Source: a virus
Virus record (IMG/VR): IMGVR_UViG_3300034093_002316
Span: 3,930 to 67,929 of that record
Strand: one strand, 5' to 3'
Length of the DNA: 64,000 bases
Every line of letters begins with the position of its first letter. Position 1 is the stretch's first letter. The translations under genes were made by a program, and so were the position numbers. Of the stretch, positions 10,181 to 21,115 are shown in pieces. A model generated the notes under the pieces. It was not told the DNA's origin. It saw only the letters and a program-made list of their open reading frames with translations, and ran no database searches.

Positions 10181-11386
10181 CTAATTAGATTTTTTCCAAT
10201 CTATATATTCTTTCCAAGTACTAGTTTTTCCATTCGGCTTCGTTATCGTTGCCGAATCTACAAAAACTCCATTTTCTACATCTCCTGATACTAGATAATC
10301 TTTCATTATGCCGCCGCCTTCTTCCCAAAATTTAAAATCAGTAATTGTTCCTTGCCAAAAACGATACTCTAATTCTAGAGTAGCAGAATTATAAGCTTCA
10401 GCTTGTATCGTTCCAATAAATATTTTATTCATCGTAACTGGATCTGTTACAGAACCTATATATTGAATTATATCTTGTTCATATTTATCATCTAATATAT
10501 CTCCTGTAAATAAAAACGTTTTTGTAACTTTACTTAAAATTTTATCTGCTAAAAATGTAAAAATAATTGTTATTTCTTGATTTTCCATTTTACTATATAG
10601 ATCTACATCTTTGCCGTTTAGGTTGATAGTATATATTTTTTCAATTGGAGGATCTGGCTCGTTAACTGGCGCTTCTGGTAATTTGCTAATATCTATTTTT
10701 GTAAAATCTACGGTTGGTAATGTAATATTAATTTTTTTTAATTTGTTGTACCATTCTTCATATTGTTTTAATCCATTTGGATCTACATTTTGTCGATTTA
10801 AACCTTTTTCTAGTAACAATTGTTTCGCATAATATTCTCCATTTTCAAATTTGTTTATTGAAGAATCGCCTATTCGTTCGAGGGTTCGTATGAATATTTG
10901 TACCTGATCGCCAGTTGTATCTTTATCTTTCTTTAAAAACAATTCAGTTTGATTAGCAAAAAATTCACGGTCAAATACCCAACATCTAAAAGAAAAAACT
11001 CTAGCAGATGGTCGTAAATCTCCACTTATCAGTGCCACATGATCTTGGTTTAAAATATTTGTTACTTTAGCAAATTGCGGTTGTTTTAACACATCATTAA
11101 TAGATTTAAATAAAACATCTTCAGAAGCACGTACTTTCGGTAATTTAGATTTTTGTTTATCCGTGCCAGGTTCTTGTTTTGGTTTGAATTTTTTTGCAAT
11201 AACTCTTACATCAAATCCATATACCGCACCTGCAGCTTCGTATTCTGATCTTTCAGTTGTTTTATCAGCACCATTCATCAATGAAATTTTTACCGGGATA
11301 TCTTCTGGATCATATTCAATTGGAGTAACTTCGCTTTGTTCAAAAAGCATTGTTCTAATAATACGTTCTAATAGGTTCTGTTTCAT
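10181..11386 (-). CDS. Hypothetical protein, possibly virion-internal (start probably MKQNLLE at 11386)
   Basis: Long ORF; late-promoter motif at 11392-11399 lies just upstream of the second ATG. Confidence 0.6.
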   Translation of the reverse strand: MKQNLLERIIRTMLFEQSEVTPIEYDPEDIPVKISLMNGADKTTERSEYEAAGAVYGFDVRVIAKKFKPKQEPGTDKQKSKLPKVRASEDVLFKSINDVLKQPQFAKVTNILNQDHVALISGDLRPSARVFSFRCWVFDREFFANQTELFLKKDKDTTGDQVQIFIRTLERIGDSSINKFENGEYYAKQLLLEKGLNRQNVDPNGLKQYEEWYNKLKKINITLPTVDFTKIDISKLPEAPVNEPDPPIEKIYTINLNGKDVDLYSKMENQEITIIFTFLADKILSKVTKTFLFTGDILDDKYEQDIIQYIGSVTDPVTMNKIFIGTIQAEAYNSATLELEYRFWQGTITDFKFWEEGGGIMKDYLVSGDVENGVFVDSATITKPNGKTSTWKEYIDWKKSN

Positions 11387-11399
11387 ATATAATAAATAT

Positions 11400-11936
11400 T
11401 TACCAATCAACTAATACTAAATTTCCGGTCCACATCATGACATTATCGGATCGAAAATCTAAATCTAAATCAAATTCCGGTATTCCTATTCTATTAACAT
11501 CAGTTTTAAGCGCATTTAAAAAATTATCTAGTAGCGGATCTATAGAATCTGTTTCATCTAAAAAATCAAATATGGAAACTTCTCCGCCTTCACTTCTTGC
11601 AAACACAGCAAAGTCTTGCATAAACAAATCTATTTCACGTTTTGTGCGCGTTGGTAATTCCGTTGCATTTGCCATGATATACATGTTTTTACCATCAACG
11701 TAATAAACAGGAATAAACGTAGTAAATTCAGTATAACGATTCACGATATTACGTGCTACTTCATATTCATCTTGTTCTTTAGTAATTTTAAATACTTTGT
11801 CTTCATCGTTAATTTCATAAACTCGACCATTATCGCCTTGTGCTATAAGTTTGAATTGTTTGTTTTGAATTTTATCCAAACAACGACGAATATCCGAATC
11901 AGACATTTCTCGCAATAATTGTTTTAAACGTATCAT
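11400..11936 (-). CDS. Protein-kinase-like fold protein with N-terminal MIRLKQLLRE leader
   Basis: Gly-loop AQGDNGRVY, VFKIT lysine, catalytic-loop-like DFRSDNVM, terminal LVDW. Confidence 0.65.
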   Translation of the reverse strand: MIRLKQLLREMSDSDIRRCLDKIQNKQFKLIAQGDNGRVYEINDEDKVFKITKEQDEYEVARNIVNRYTEFTTFIPVYYVDGKNMYIMANATELPTRTKREIDLFMQDFAVFARSEGGEVSIFDFLDETDSIDPLLDNFLNALKTDVNRIGIPEFDLDLDFRSDNVMMWTGNLVLVDW

Positions 11937-11939
11937 GCA

Positions 11940-13502
11940 TTATCCCGGTAAAATATTTTTATCAATATCAAGTCGTATGAAAAAATTCATATCAACATCA
12001 TCTCGTTTTTTAATAGGTTGTGCTAATTTAGCAATTGCTAACAATTGTCCGTAATCGTCATACAATCCAATTGTAGTTATGTAAGGAGAAAACGCACTAG
12101 AACTAGCAAACGTTTGATACGTAACGTCATCATCCATTGTTAAACTAGGATTCAATGATAAATTAAAATCTCCCGCATCAATTTTAGTTACAACACCTAA
12201 TTCATACATTGATAGAGTACTACGATAACTTGCAGTATACGGTGCATTTAAAATATTATTATATCGATAGTCTGGACTAGATATTACAACCATTCCTTGT
12301 TTAGAAAATACATTTCCAACTTTATTAGTTTGCAACATAGTTCCGCCTTCTGTTCGATCTGCTAAATATCCAATTTGTGTAGCATTCAATGCTTTGTTAT
12401 AAATTCTTATTTCATCTAAAGAACCTTGCAAATTATTCGATGTTGCAGAATATCCTCCTATATACATCGGATGTTCGTTATCTATTCTTGCAGATGAAGT
12501 AAATGGGCCGTTTGGCATTGCTAACAACGTACTACTAGCAGATGCATGAAGCGTGCCGTTAATATACATTTGTAAATTACTTCCAGTTTTTTGACATACA
12601 ACATGATACCAAGATGCAGTAACGAAAGTAGATGAAGTAATTTGTGTTTTAAATGTAGTACTGCCAGCAGCTGAAAAAATTAATTGATTGCTACCGCTTA
12701 ATTCTATTCGAAATGGATATTTTGGAGTATTACTTCCGGAAGCTTTAGTTAATACTAACTCATTATTTATTGTAGAATTTGCACCAGATATAAAAAATGC
12801 AATACTATAATCATTACTTCTATTGTATTGTCCTAATATATCATCTTTTATGTAACCGTTGCCATTGAATTTAGCTGATAATCCAATTGAAGAAGTTGCT
12901 CCAGTTGTAGTTGTAACTCCGGGCTGATATGTTACGTTTTGACTTTTATACGTAATACGTGTTGTATCAAAATATTCATTGAAACCTTCGTAATATTGCG
13001 TTTCGGAAACAATAGATGCTGTATTAAAAGCAGTTTCTATTACATTTCCGTAAATATCTGAAGCTAAATTAACACTGCCAGTAAATGTAAATGATGCAGG
13101 TTTTATTCCTTCGCCAACTCGTATGTTAGGTATCGATAAAACGGAAGCAGTTTGATACAAATACTTAGGTGTTCGTATGAAATTAGTTGGACCGAAAGTA
13201 TTATACGGTTCGAATTTATTTTTATAAAAAAGATGATTAATAGAAAAATAAGTTACGGATCTTAAACTTCCATCTACATTGGATGCACTATTATAAGCAA
13301 CATCGGAATCTAGTGCTGGAAGATTGTTTAAATCGGAATAAATACCAATTAATGGCAAACAACTTGAAGTTGCGCTACCCGAATAAAACGTCCACAATTT
13401 ATATGTTTGAAACGGATTGCTAGATACATCGCTAGAATCCACTTTTTTAAAAACGGTTGGATTGATTCCTTGATATATATCTATGCTATTTGTATCTGCC
13501 AT
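11940..13502 (-). CDS. Baseplate/tail protein with LamG (ConA-like) domain
   Basis: WYHVVC..YING, GSLDEIRIYNKAL; C-terminal YITTIGLYDD..LLAIAKL shared with the adjacent gene. Confidence 0.75.
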   Translation of the reverse strand: MADTNSIDIYQGINPTVFKKVDSSDVSSNPFQTYKLWTFYSGSATSSCLPLIGIYSDLNNLPALDSDVAYNSASNVDGSLRSVTYFSINHLFYKNKFEPYNTFGPTNFIRTPKYLYQTASVLSIPNIRVGEGIKPASFTFTGSVNLASDIYGNVIETAFNTASIVSETQYYEGFNEYFDTTRITYKSQNVTYQPGVTTTTGATSSIGLSAKFNGNGYIKDDILGQYNRSNDYSIAFFISGANSTINNELVLTKASGSNTPKYPFRIELSGSNQLIFSAAGSTTFKTQITSSTFVTASWYHVVCQKTGSNLQMYINGTLHASASSTLLAMPNGPFTSSARIDNEHPMYIGGYSATSNNLQGSLDEIRIYNKALNATQIGYLADRTEGGTMLQTNKVGNVFSKQGMVVISSPDYRYNNILNAPYTASYRSTLSMYELGVVTKIDAGDFNLSLNPSLTMDDDVTYQTFASSSAFSPYITTIGLYDDYGQLLAIAKLAQPIKKRDDVDMNFFIRLDIDKNILPG

Positions 13503-13562
13503 GATAGTAAAAACCCTGCTACATTTATAATAAATATAACAGGGCTCAAATCATTGATTATT

Positions 13563-14870
13563 TTAGTAATCAAGCTTAACTCGAATCAATGCTTCTCTTT
13601 GAAATGATTTCAATAATGGTTTACTTAATTTAGCAACTGCTAATAATTCTCTACTATCATTGTATAAACCAACCGTAGTAATATAAGTTTTAGGATCTCC
13701 GATAAATGTGTTTTGTGAAATCTGTCCAACACTTCCAGTTACATAAGATGGATTGTTTGAAAAATTATATTCTGCATTTTTTACTCTTACAAAATAGTGT
13801 GTACTAGTAATTTTTTCTGAATTTCTTGCTAAAAATTGATTAGATAATGCACCAGATCCGGAAATTGAATGATATAAAAGGAAATGATTATTACCTTCTG
13901 CTCCAGCAGTCGTACTGCCACTTAAATTAGTAGCAAAACTTAATTGTCCGTCTAACATTTTTCCATCTAATACCAATACTCCATGATCTGGATAAGCTAA
14001 CCCATAATATATGGGTGTCGTAGAGTTGAAAACTCCATTTGTTATAGAACCAGAAACGACGTTATAGACTTTTCCAGAATCTCCTATAGTTGCAGATGCA
14101 ATTGAAGAATCGTCTATCAATTTAATTACGGTAGATCCCACGGTTACGGATCCCGTCGCATTAACATCATGAGTTGATATAGATAATAAAGGTAGTTCGA
14201 AATTGCCAGCATCTAAACGTTCCTTTAAACGATTTCTTTTAAAATTTAATACGTATATAGAATCTGTACTACCAGATCCGGCTGTCGTAAATCTGGATTG
14301 ATTTGCACTTAATAAAAGTTGTCTATATTGAGAATAAACAGCTTTAGTAGGAGAATCATTTTGAGTACCTAGTGCCGAAGAACCACTTCCCAATGCATGT
14401 CCATATGCTAAAGCAAATTGTACAGCAGCGCCGTCAGCACTAGGAGTTTCTTGATATACATCTACATAATATCTTCTCTGCGATGTAGTTTGTGCTGACG
14501 AAGAAAAATACGTAGTTAATCCAGCAACATTATCACTCCATAAACCTGCAGTAACAGTTTCGGTCTGATTAGATACTACATCATTAGTTTGATCAAATCT
14601 AGTATAGATACGTCCGTTTCTTGCAAGAATCGTAGTTTGTTGTTGTTCTGCAATTATTTCGTTAGCAAGTTGTTGTGCTAATTGTTGTACTTGTTCATTA
14701 AATGCAGCACCTGCTTGAGCAGCTATGTTTTGATTTTGTGATAAACTAGCTCCAGATACGCGTCCTGGCCCTCCTTGCGTATTTCCAAGTGGAAATCCGC
14801 CTTGCTTAGGTTGTTGTTTTAATTTTTTAATAAAATCTTTCATATTTACTTCTTTATTAACTAGTTGCAT
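13563..14870 (-). CDS. Virion structural protein (baseplate/tail)
   Basis: C-terminal YITTVGLYND..LLAVAKL paralogous to 11940..13502; structural operon context; true start may be 14843. Confidence 0.65.
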   Translation of the reverse strand: MQLVNKEVNMKDFIKKLKQQPKQGGFPLGNTQGGPGRVSGASLSQNQNIAAQAGAAFNEQVQQLAQQLANEIIAEQQQTTILARNGRIYTRFDQTNDVVSNQTETVTAGLWSDNVAGLTTYFSSSAQTTSQRRYYVDVYQETPSADGAAVQFALAYGHALGSGSSALGTQNDSPTKAVYSQYRQLLLSANQSRFTTAGSGSTDSIYVLNFKRNRLKERLDAGNFELPLLSISTHDVNATGSVTVGSTVIKLIDDSSIASATIGDSGKVYNVVSGSITNGVFNSTTPIYYGLAYPDHGVLVLDGKMLDGQLSFATNLSGSTTAGAEGNNHFLLYHSISGSGALSNQFLARNSEKITSTHYFVRVKNAEYNFSNNPSYVTGSVGQISQNTFIGDPKTYITTVGLYNDSRELLAVAKLSKPLLKSFQREALIRVKLDY

Positions 14871-15519
14871 TATTTGTTACTGCAGTAACTTTTTTAACTG
14901 TTAAATTAATAGTAACGCTACCACCAGTTTCGTTTCCAATAATAGTAATGGTTGCAGTTTTATCTTCAATATATTGTGCTTTTGCTACAACTCGGAATTC
15001 AAATCCAGCGACTGCAACACTTTGTGCATCTTCATTATCTCCAATAAATCTAGGACTAGTTGGCAACACGGAATTTTGTAATGCACGTGTTACTTGAATA
15101 TCGGCAACTGTAGAATCTGATAATATTGCTGTATATCCTAAATTAGAATTACCTCCAGTTAAATTGCTAGTATTTGGAGAAATTGCTGAAGCGTCGCCAG
15201 ATGCTAATAAAGTAATAGCAGTATTTCCTACAGTAACTACTGGTATATTAGTAGTTTGTTTTGGCAATGTAATTAATTTGTAACGAAGCGCTTGAGTTTC
15301 ATCAGCAACTGCTTCTACTATTGGCATATTCTCAATGATTACGCCGTAGTAGTTAGTTCCTAATGGATGATTTGGATTCCATAACGAATAATCTACTTCA
15401 TCATCCCCTAAAGCAAACTGAGTAATTTTAAATGCATCCCCGCCTCTTGCTAGCAATTCTCGGCCTTTAAGAGTTAAGATAGCATCAACAGTTACAGAAC
15501 TATTATCTAAGTATCCCAT
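14857..15519 (-). CDS. Virion structural protein
   Basis: DAILTLKGRELLA..KITQFALGDDEVDY motif typical of baseplate/tail-fibre-attachment N-termini; operon context. Confidence 0.6.
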   Translation of the reverse strand: MGYLDNSSVTVDAILTLKGRELLARGGDAFKITQFALGDDEVDYSLWNPNHPLGTNYYGVIIENMPIVEAVADETQALRYKLITLPKQTTNIPVVTVGNTAITLLASGDASAISPNTSNLTGGNSNLGYTAILSDSTVADIQVTRALQNSVLPTSPRFIGDNEDAQSVAVAGFEFRVVAKAQYIEDKTATITIIGNETGGSVTINLTVKKVTAVTNNATS

Positions 15520-15558
15520 ATTTTATTCCTATTTAAAATAAATATCTACTATTAAAAT

Positions 15559-18500
15559 TTATACTAAAACAAAACTTCCTTGTTCTCCTAAGGTTTGATA
15601 TATCAACTGATTAGGATTTGCAGTCTTCCATTCTACTGCCGGACCACCGTCGACGGTTTGCGTAGAATTGATATTAAAGTCTGGAGAAGTTAGTTTAGAA
15701 CCATTATATTTTTGATTGCCAATTCCAATTGGTAAATAATTTTGTACTTGTGCTAAACTTCCGGTAAATTTATATGATACTGTTGCATAACTACTAGTTC
15801 CGTAAGATCCAGATCCATAAACAGGTCCAGTATATACTGCTACATAACTAGAAGAAATGATTTGATATTCAGATGTAGTACTATCAATTATTACCGGATC
15901 TAATGCTTCACTTCTCCAATACGGAGTTGATGCTGTAATATAAGTAGTACCATTAAATATAAGATAATCGTATGAATAAGTAGTACCGTTGTATCTTTTA
16001 GAATCAGACGCAGTTAAGTATGCTTGGTATTGATCATCGTCATTTGCTGACAATGTTAATATACGTCCATCAATTCCTCCTACATATTGTAAATAATCTC
16101 CAGATGCGGTTGGAGGGACACTTTGCAAAGTAACATTTAAAACATTGTCTTCATATGATACCTTAGGCAATGCTACGTCTTTACTACGTTCTAATATATT
16201 TGGTTGAATTAAAATACCAGTTAATTTATCAACACGTGCGGGTAGTAATTGTTCTAATTGTCGAAAGAATGATAAATCAAACAATGTGAATATTTTTATA
16301 TACGCATTAATATCATTAGCTTCTGCATATTTTTTCCAATACGATTGCGCACGTTGAATTAATCGAGGATATGATTTTGATTCGGTTTCTCCTGGATCTC
16401 CAATAAAACTATCTAATTCAGTAAATCCTAGTTGTGCAATGATATCTTCATCAATCATTGTTTGCGGAGAAAAATAAACTCCTAATTTTTTACTATCTAA
16501 TGGAGCTTTATCAAATTGACTTCGTTCTGCTCTAGTTTTGAAATCTAAAGTTCCAACTAATTCGTTGTCTTCTAGTCTTATTTTATTATCATCATACGTT
16601 CCTGCGGCTAATGATATTCCGTCAAAATAATATGTTTCTTCAATCGAATCATACGGAGTAGCAATAGACCAAAATTGCATCGACGCACTGAAGTCAGTGG
16701 CTACTGGTTGTACGCCTTGCAATGAACCGGTTAATGTGTGATTAACTTGTTGCGTAAGCGGCAATCTAAATAACAATTCATTGTACGGATCTGTACTGTT
16801 ATAAGCAGATGGAGCTTTTACGTGATTATCAAAATACGGTTCAATTGAAGATGCGCGATTCCATAAACGTATTTCTTGAAGTTGACCGTCTAAACGAGAT
16901 GCATTGACCGAATCGCCAAACGTAATAGTACTATTAGCAGTTGGAATTGTAATGCTAGACGCAGTTGCCGATGTTTCTGCTACAATTTTTCCATATTTAG
17001 AACGTTTAACTATTGCATACGAATCTCCAGTATTTGGATCATATGTTACTAACACACTTAACCATCCGCCATCAAACATTTCAATCGGTGTCGATACATT
17101 ACCATTTAATGAAATAGTGCCTTTAGTTCCTGATACAAAATCTACAGTAGCGTACATTTGACCGCCATTAATATCAAATAATTCCATTGTAGACGGTATC
17201 GTAGGATTGGTAATTACGTTGTCCGTACGAAAACGAAATTCTATGTCAGTTGGAGTAGTAGTATATATAATTTTTACAATTCCAGCTGTAGTATTAATTA
17301 AATCTAAAGCATAATCGAAATTTAATTTTTCATATATAGGTGCCCTATTGAGTCTTGGACCGCCATATTCTTTAATTGTTATTAATGATTGAGGAATTCC
17401 ATAACAAGATAATAATGCTTGTACACTTCGTTTAGTTCCTTTACTTTTTAATAACAATGGTAAATTGTTTATGATGCGACGCCATACTGTGTATGTCATA
17501 TCTCGTCCCGGGACGCTAGGATCTCCTACCGTATTAGAACCAGTTAACGGCGTACCGGCAGAATCAGTACCTAAAACATATCCCCATAAATCTTGATACT
17601 GATTACCGTCTGTTAAGTTCCATCCAAATTGTTTTGCTACAGAATATAACAATTCATTTGGCATACCTAATTTAGGATTTTCTTCACGATTATGTATTTT
17701 GGTCATGTGATTAATATACGTATAAAGTATATCGTAATGATGCCCTAACATGTTAACGAATGTAGATAAATTTTCATTGCCGGAATCAAATCTAATAAAT
17801 TCCGGAACTGCTTTAATTAAAGAATGAATATTTCTGTTATCATACAAACTAGCACTAGAATAAACCAACGAATACCATGATTGGAATTGCGAACTAGATA
17901 TCGGATATAATGAATATGGTTTTGTTGCGTTAGCTTTTGGTACCGGTGCAATATAACTACCGGTTAATTCCGGCACTGTTGGTGCTTCTAATGCAATATT
18001 GTAAGTTGTTAATTTAGATGACGATTCATAGTATAAAAACTTTTCAAATGCATCGAAACCACTAATTAATGCTGTTTTTCTGTCTGTATAATCTGCGGCA
18101 TTAGTAGTAGCAGTGGAACCAGATATATATGATAATGCCGTGCTTTGTGCATCGTAATATTCTAATAATTCTAATTTGTATTTAAAATTTTCTAAACGTT
18201 CTGTTGCCGAACTATAAAAAATAAAATTATTAAAATCGGAAAAATCTATATTTAATTTAACTCCAGATAAACTTCCAGAAAAATATGCATCTATGATTTG
18301 TTGGGATGTTTGTACGGACGATCCTAATAATTCATTCCACGAATCAAAATTAGTTCCAGAAGAAATATTATAATCTGAATTCGCATACCAATTTGGATTC
18401 GATAATTGATTGTATTGCGGTCTAGTAATTGCCGGTAAGATAGAAATTCTATCAATGTATGACGATTTTTGTTCTTCTACTACCCAACATTTAAAATCAG

Positions 18501-19146
18501 TTTCTATATTAGATGGTAATGGTTCGTATAATTTTACATACAAATATTCGCCAACAACGACACTATTAACAAAAACAAAACATTGATTTCTGCTAAAATT
18601 TAACAAATAAGATTTATACGATACTCCATTAGCCGTTTGATTAACTGTATCGATATAATTTGTTATTTGTTGTAAAAATTCAGAATCTTCAGCATCAATT
18701 GCACGTAAACGTATTTCCGTACGATCTGGTGAAATTTCATCAATTCTTAAGTGTTGACGTTCAAAACTTCCAATTAAATTTTTAAAGAAATTAACTGCAA
18801 TTCTAAATGTGCCAGCAGTTAAATTTAATTTAGAAAATTCATCATATACATCGATTGCAACTGGCTGTGCACCAAATGTAATTAATTGATTAGTAATTTT
18901 ATCGCGATATTCTGGTATACTATTTTTTATGCCAATTTTATGCGTACCAGTTAACCAAGTATCGTTGGAATAAACATGCATTTCAATTCGAGATGCATCT
19001 GTTTGCGTAGTTATATCCGTATTAAAACGTATGGATTCATTGATATCGTAACTAGCAAATTGAAGTTTACGATTTGCAATACGTTCTCCGGATAATGACC
19101 GAACCGCATTTTTTATTTCATCGATATTTTTATATTGCGTTAACAT
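15559..19146 (-). CDS. Large baseplate wedge-like protein
   Basis: 1195 aa; LLKSKGTKRSVQALLSCYG (P2 gpI/T4 gp7-like wedge motif); LamG-like segment. Confidence 0.65.
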   Translation of the reverse strand: MLTQYKNIDEIKNAVRSLSGERIANRKLQFASYDINESIRFNTDITTQTDASRIEMHVYSNDTWLTGTHKIGIKNSIPEYRDKITNQLITFGAQPVAIDVYDEFSKLNLTAGTFRIAVNFFKNLIGSFERQHLRIDEISPDRTEIRLRAIDAEDSEFLQQITNYIDTVNQTANGVSYKSYLLNFSRNQCFVFVNSVVVGEYLYVKLYEPLPSNIETDFKCWVVEEQKSSYIDRISILPAITRPQYNQLSNPNWYANSDYNISSGTNFDSWNELLGSSVQTSQQIIDAYFSGSLSGVKLNIDFSDFNNFIFYSSATERLENFKYKLELLEYYDAQSTALSYISGSTATTNAADYTDRKTALISGFDAFEKFLYYESSSKLTTYNIALEAPTVPELTGSYIAPVPKANATKPYSLYPISSSQFQSWYSLVYSSASLYDNRNIHSLIKAVPEFIRFDSGNENLSTFVNMLGHHYDILYTYINHMTKIHNREENPKLGMPNELLYSVAKQFGWNLTDGNQYQDLWGYVLGTDSAGTPLTGSNTVGDPSVPGRDMTYTVWRRIINNLPLLLKSKGTKRSVQALLSCYGIPQSLITIKEYGGPRLNRAPIYEKLNFDYALDLINTTAGIVKIIYTTTPTDIEFRFRTDNVITNPTIPSTMELFDINGGQMYATVDFVSGTKGTISLNGNVSTPIEMFDGGWLSVLVTYDPNTGDSYAIVKRSKYGKIVAETSATASSITIPTANSTITFGDSVNASRLDGQLQEIRLWNRASSIEPYFDNHVKAPSAYNSTDPYNELLFRLPLTQQVNHTLTGSLQGVQPVATDFSASMQFWSIATPYDSIEETYYFDGISLAAGTYDDNKIRLEDNELVGTLDFKTRAERSQFDKAPLDSKKLGVYFSPQTMIDEDIIAQLGFTELDSFIGDPGETESKSYPRLIQRAQSYWKKYAEANDINAYIKIFTLFDLSFFRQLEQLLPARVDKLTGILIQPNILERSKDVALPKVSYEDNVLNVTLQSVPPTASGDYLQYVGGIDGRILTLSANDDDQYQAYLTASDSKRYNGTTYSYDYLIFNGTTYITASTPYWRSEALDPVIIDSTTSEYQIISSSYVAVYTGPVYGSGSYGTSSYATVSYKFTGSLAQVQNYLPIGIGNQKYNGSKLTSPDFNINSTQTVDGGPAVEWKTANPNQLIYQTLGEQGSFVLV

Positions 19147-19148
19147 GT

Positions 19149-19985
19149 TTATTCAATTGTTTGATTCCATAAATCAACATTTTTAGATGCATCCGTAATC
19201 ACCCAATATGTTTGATCTGCAATTATAATATGTGTATCTTGTCCCGAAAAAGCACCAATTCCGAATGTGTCCCCAATTTCAAATTGAGAATTTGGTATGA
19301 TTTCATCAATTATCAATGTTTGCGTTTCCTCCGTACGTATTAAACCAAAACCATCTGTACTTAAATGACCATCTGCCGGAAAATTAGCAAATGGACCTTT
19401 AAAGGATCTATTCAACCCTTCCGTGTCCGGACCATTTTTTATTATAGTAAAATATGCAGATCCATATGGCACATCTCCGTCATATCTATGATTAATTTTA
19501 ATTCTAAATCTTAAATCCGTTCCTGAATTTTTTATTTCTTTAGTTACGTAATATGCATTGGTATTATTTTGTGGTTGGCCATCAACCACTTCACTAAACT
19601 CCAATCCACCAGGAAATGATGTTACAGGAATTTGTTGATTATCGACAGGTTTAAATCTAGAATAAACTAAATCCGTAATAGAATTTGTTAATGCATCGAT
19701 ATCAGTATCTAATGTAACTGTTCTAGCGGTTGTACTAACGGGAAATTTAAAATATTCAAAACGCGTATTTAAAATTTTTAACATGGAATTGTTAGAAATT
19801 TTCGTAGCAGTTGGCTCAATAATTAATAACGGATTAGTTTCAGATCCTTCTTGTAACGTAATGTTGCCAGCAGCATCGCGAGGATGAATGCTAACATTAT
19901 CAGAAGTAACAGTTAATCCATTTTTTAAATACTTTGCATTTTTTCGTAAATTAACCGTATCAAATTGTCTTGTTATTTCTGCCAT
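19149..19985 (-). CDS. Hypothetical structural protein
   Basis: Tightly coupled ORF inside the baseplate operon. Confidence 0.5.
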   Translation of the reverse strand: MAEITRQFDTVNLRKNAKYLKNGLTVTSDNVSIHPRDAAGNITLQEGSETNPLLIIEPTATKISNNSMLKILNTRFEYFKFPVSTTARTVTLDTDIDALTNSITDLVYSRFKPVDNQQIPVTSFPGGLEFSEVVDGQPQNNTNAYYVTKEIKNSGTDLRFRIKINHRYDGDVPYGSAYFTIIKNGPDTEGLNRSFKGPFANFPADGHLSTDGFGLIRTEETQTLIIDEIIPNSQFEIGDTFGIGAFSGQDTHIIIADQTYWVITDASKNVDLWNQTIE

Positions 19986-21103
19986 TATCGAATCACTTTA
20001 AAGTAAATTTGATCTGTGATGTAATCTTCAACAATGCCATCTTTAATTTTTAATTCTAAACGATAATACCGTTCTGGCATTAAACCGTTTAAATCTAAAT
20101 ATATAAAATTACTTGTTGAATCACAACTCAATTTACTATAAATATCATCGTACGGAATTATGGTTTCTTCTGTTAACGCATCGATAACTGTGTAATAAGT
20201 AGTTTGAGGTAAATATTTTACAGTTTCTATTGGAAATACATTTGTTGGGGATTTTTGTGGATACTTATCTCTCGCAAAAATTCTTATTTTTGCAATTTCT
20301 GTATCTTTATAAGTAGGTTTAACGCGAGTATATGTTGTATATGACTCAGTATTAACCGCAGTTAATGATCCCGTTGTAAATGTAGTGTCATCCCAATACA
20401 TTGTTATCCTAGGAACATATATAGTATGAGTTTCTCTACTAAAGAAACGTATATATCCTTTTACAGCACTATCCGCTTCATCCGGATCCGAATATTGCAA
20501 TAAAAATCCGTAATTAGGTATAGTTGCGCCACCACTGCCACTTAACCATACTTTTACAGCATTTGTAACATCCATATTAATATCAGATGGTCGATAAGAA
20601 AAAGATTCAGAAGTAATTAATCCTGCAGTAGACCCTCCAGACGCAGATTGAAACATCCACGAACCCCCAGCACCAGATCCCGACACATACAATGTGCTAG
20701 AACCAATTTGTATGTTTTGACTACTAGAATACCAAGAACTAGCAGATATTGGATAATTCCAACTTACACCATCCGTCGTTGCTCCTGATTGAAAACCAGT
20801 ACCATTTATCCAATTTTGGCCAACTAGTTTTGCATATATAGAATATTCTGATGGTAAATTTTTTGCATGTGACGTAAACAATTGTAAAACAAATTTACAA
20901 TTATTAACCGTTTTTCCATATTTAGATAATGATGCAGAAATTTCTGCCATATCAAATTTTACGACAGATCTAGATTTTAATAGATTTTCGCCATCAGTAT
21001 CTAATCGTTTACCAATTTCTAATATTTCATCAATTCCCGTATTATAGTTAGGAGCTGATTCATATAAAGTAGCATCTTGTTGTGCGTAAAATATTCTAAA
21101 CAT
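19985..21103 (-). CDS. Virion structural protein (DNRLRE/CBM-like beta domain)
   Basis: QDATLYE..NTG, RSVVKFD, NYGFLL, FFSRET..PRI pattern; baseplate operon. Confidence 0.55.
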   Translation of the reverse strand: MFRIFYAQQDATLYESAPNYNTGIDEILEIGKRLDTDGENLLKSRSVVKFDMAEISASLSKYGKTVNNCKFVLQLFTSHAKNLPSEYSIYAKLVGQNWINGTGFQSGATTDGVSWNYPISASSWYSSSQNIQIGSSTLYVSGSGAGGSWMFQSASGGSTAGLITSESFSYRPSDINMDVTNAVKVWLSGSGGATIPNYGFLLQYSDPDEADSAVKGYIRFFSRETHTIYVPRITMYWDDTTFTTGSLTAVNTESYTTYTRVKPTYKDTEIAKIRIFARDKYPQKSPTNVFPIETVKYLPQTTYYTVIDALTEETIIPYDDIYSKLSCDSTSNFIYLDLNGLMPERYYRLELKIKDGIVEDYITDQIYFKVIR

Positions 21104-21115
21104 TTATTATATCCT

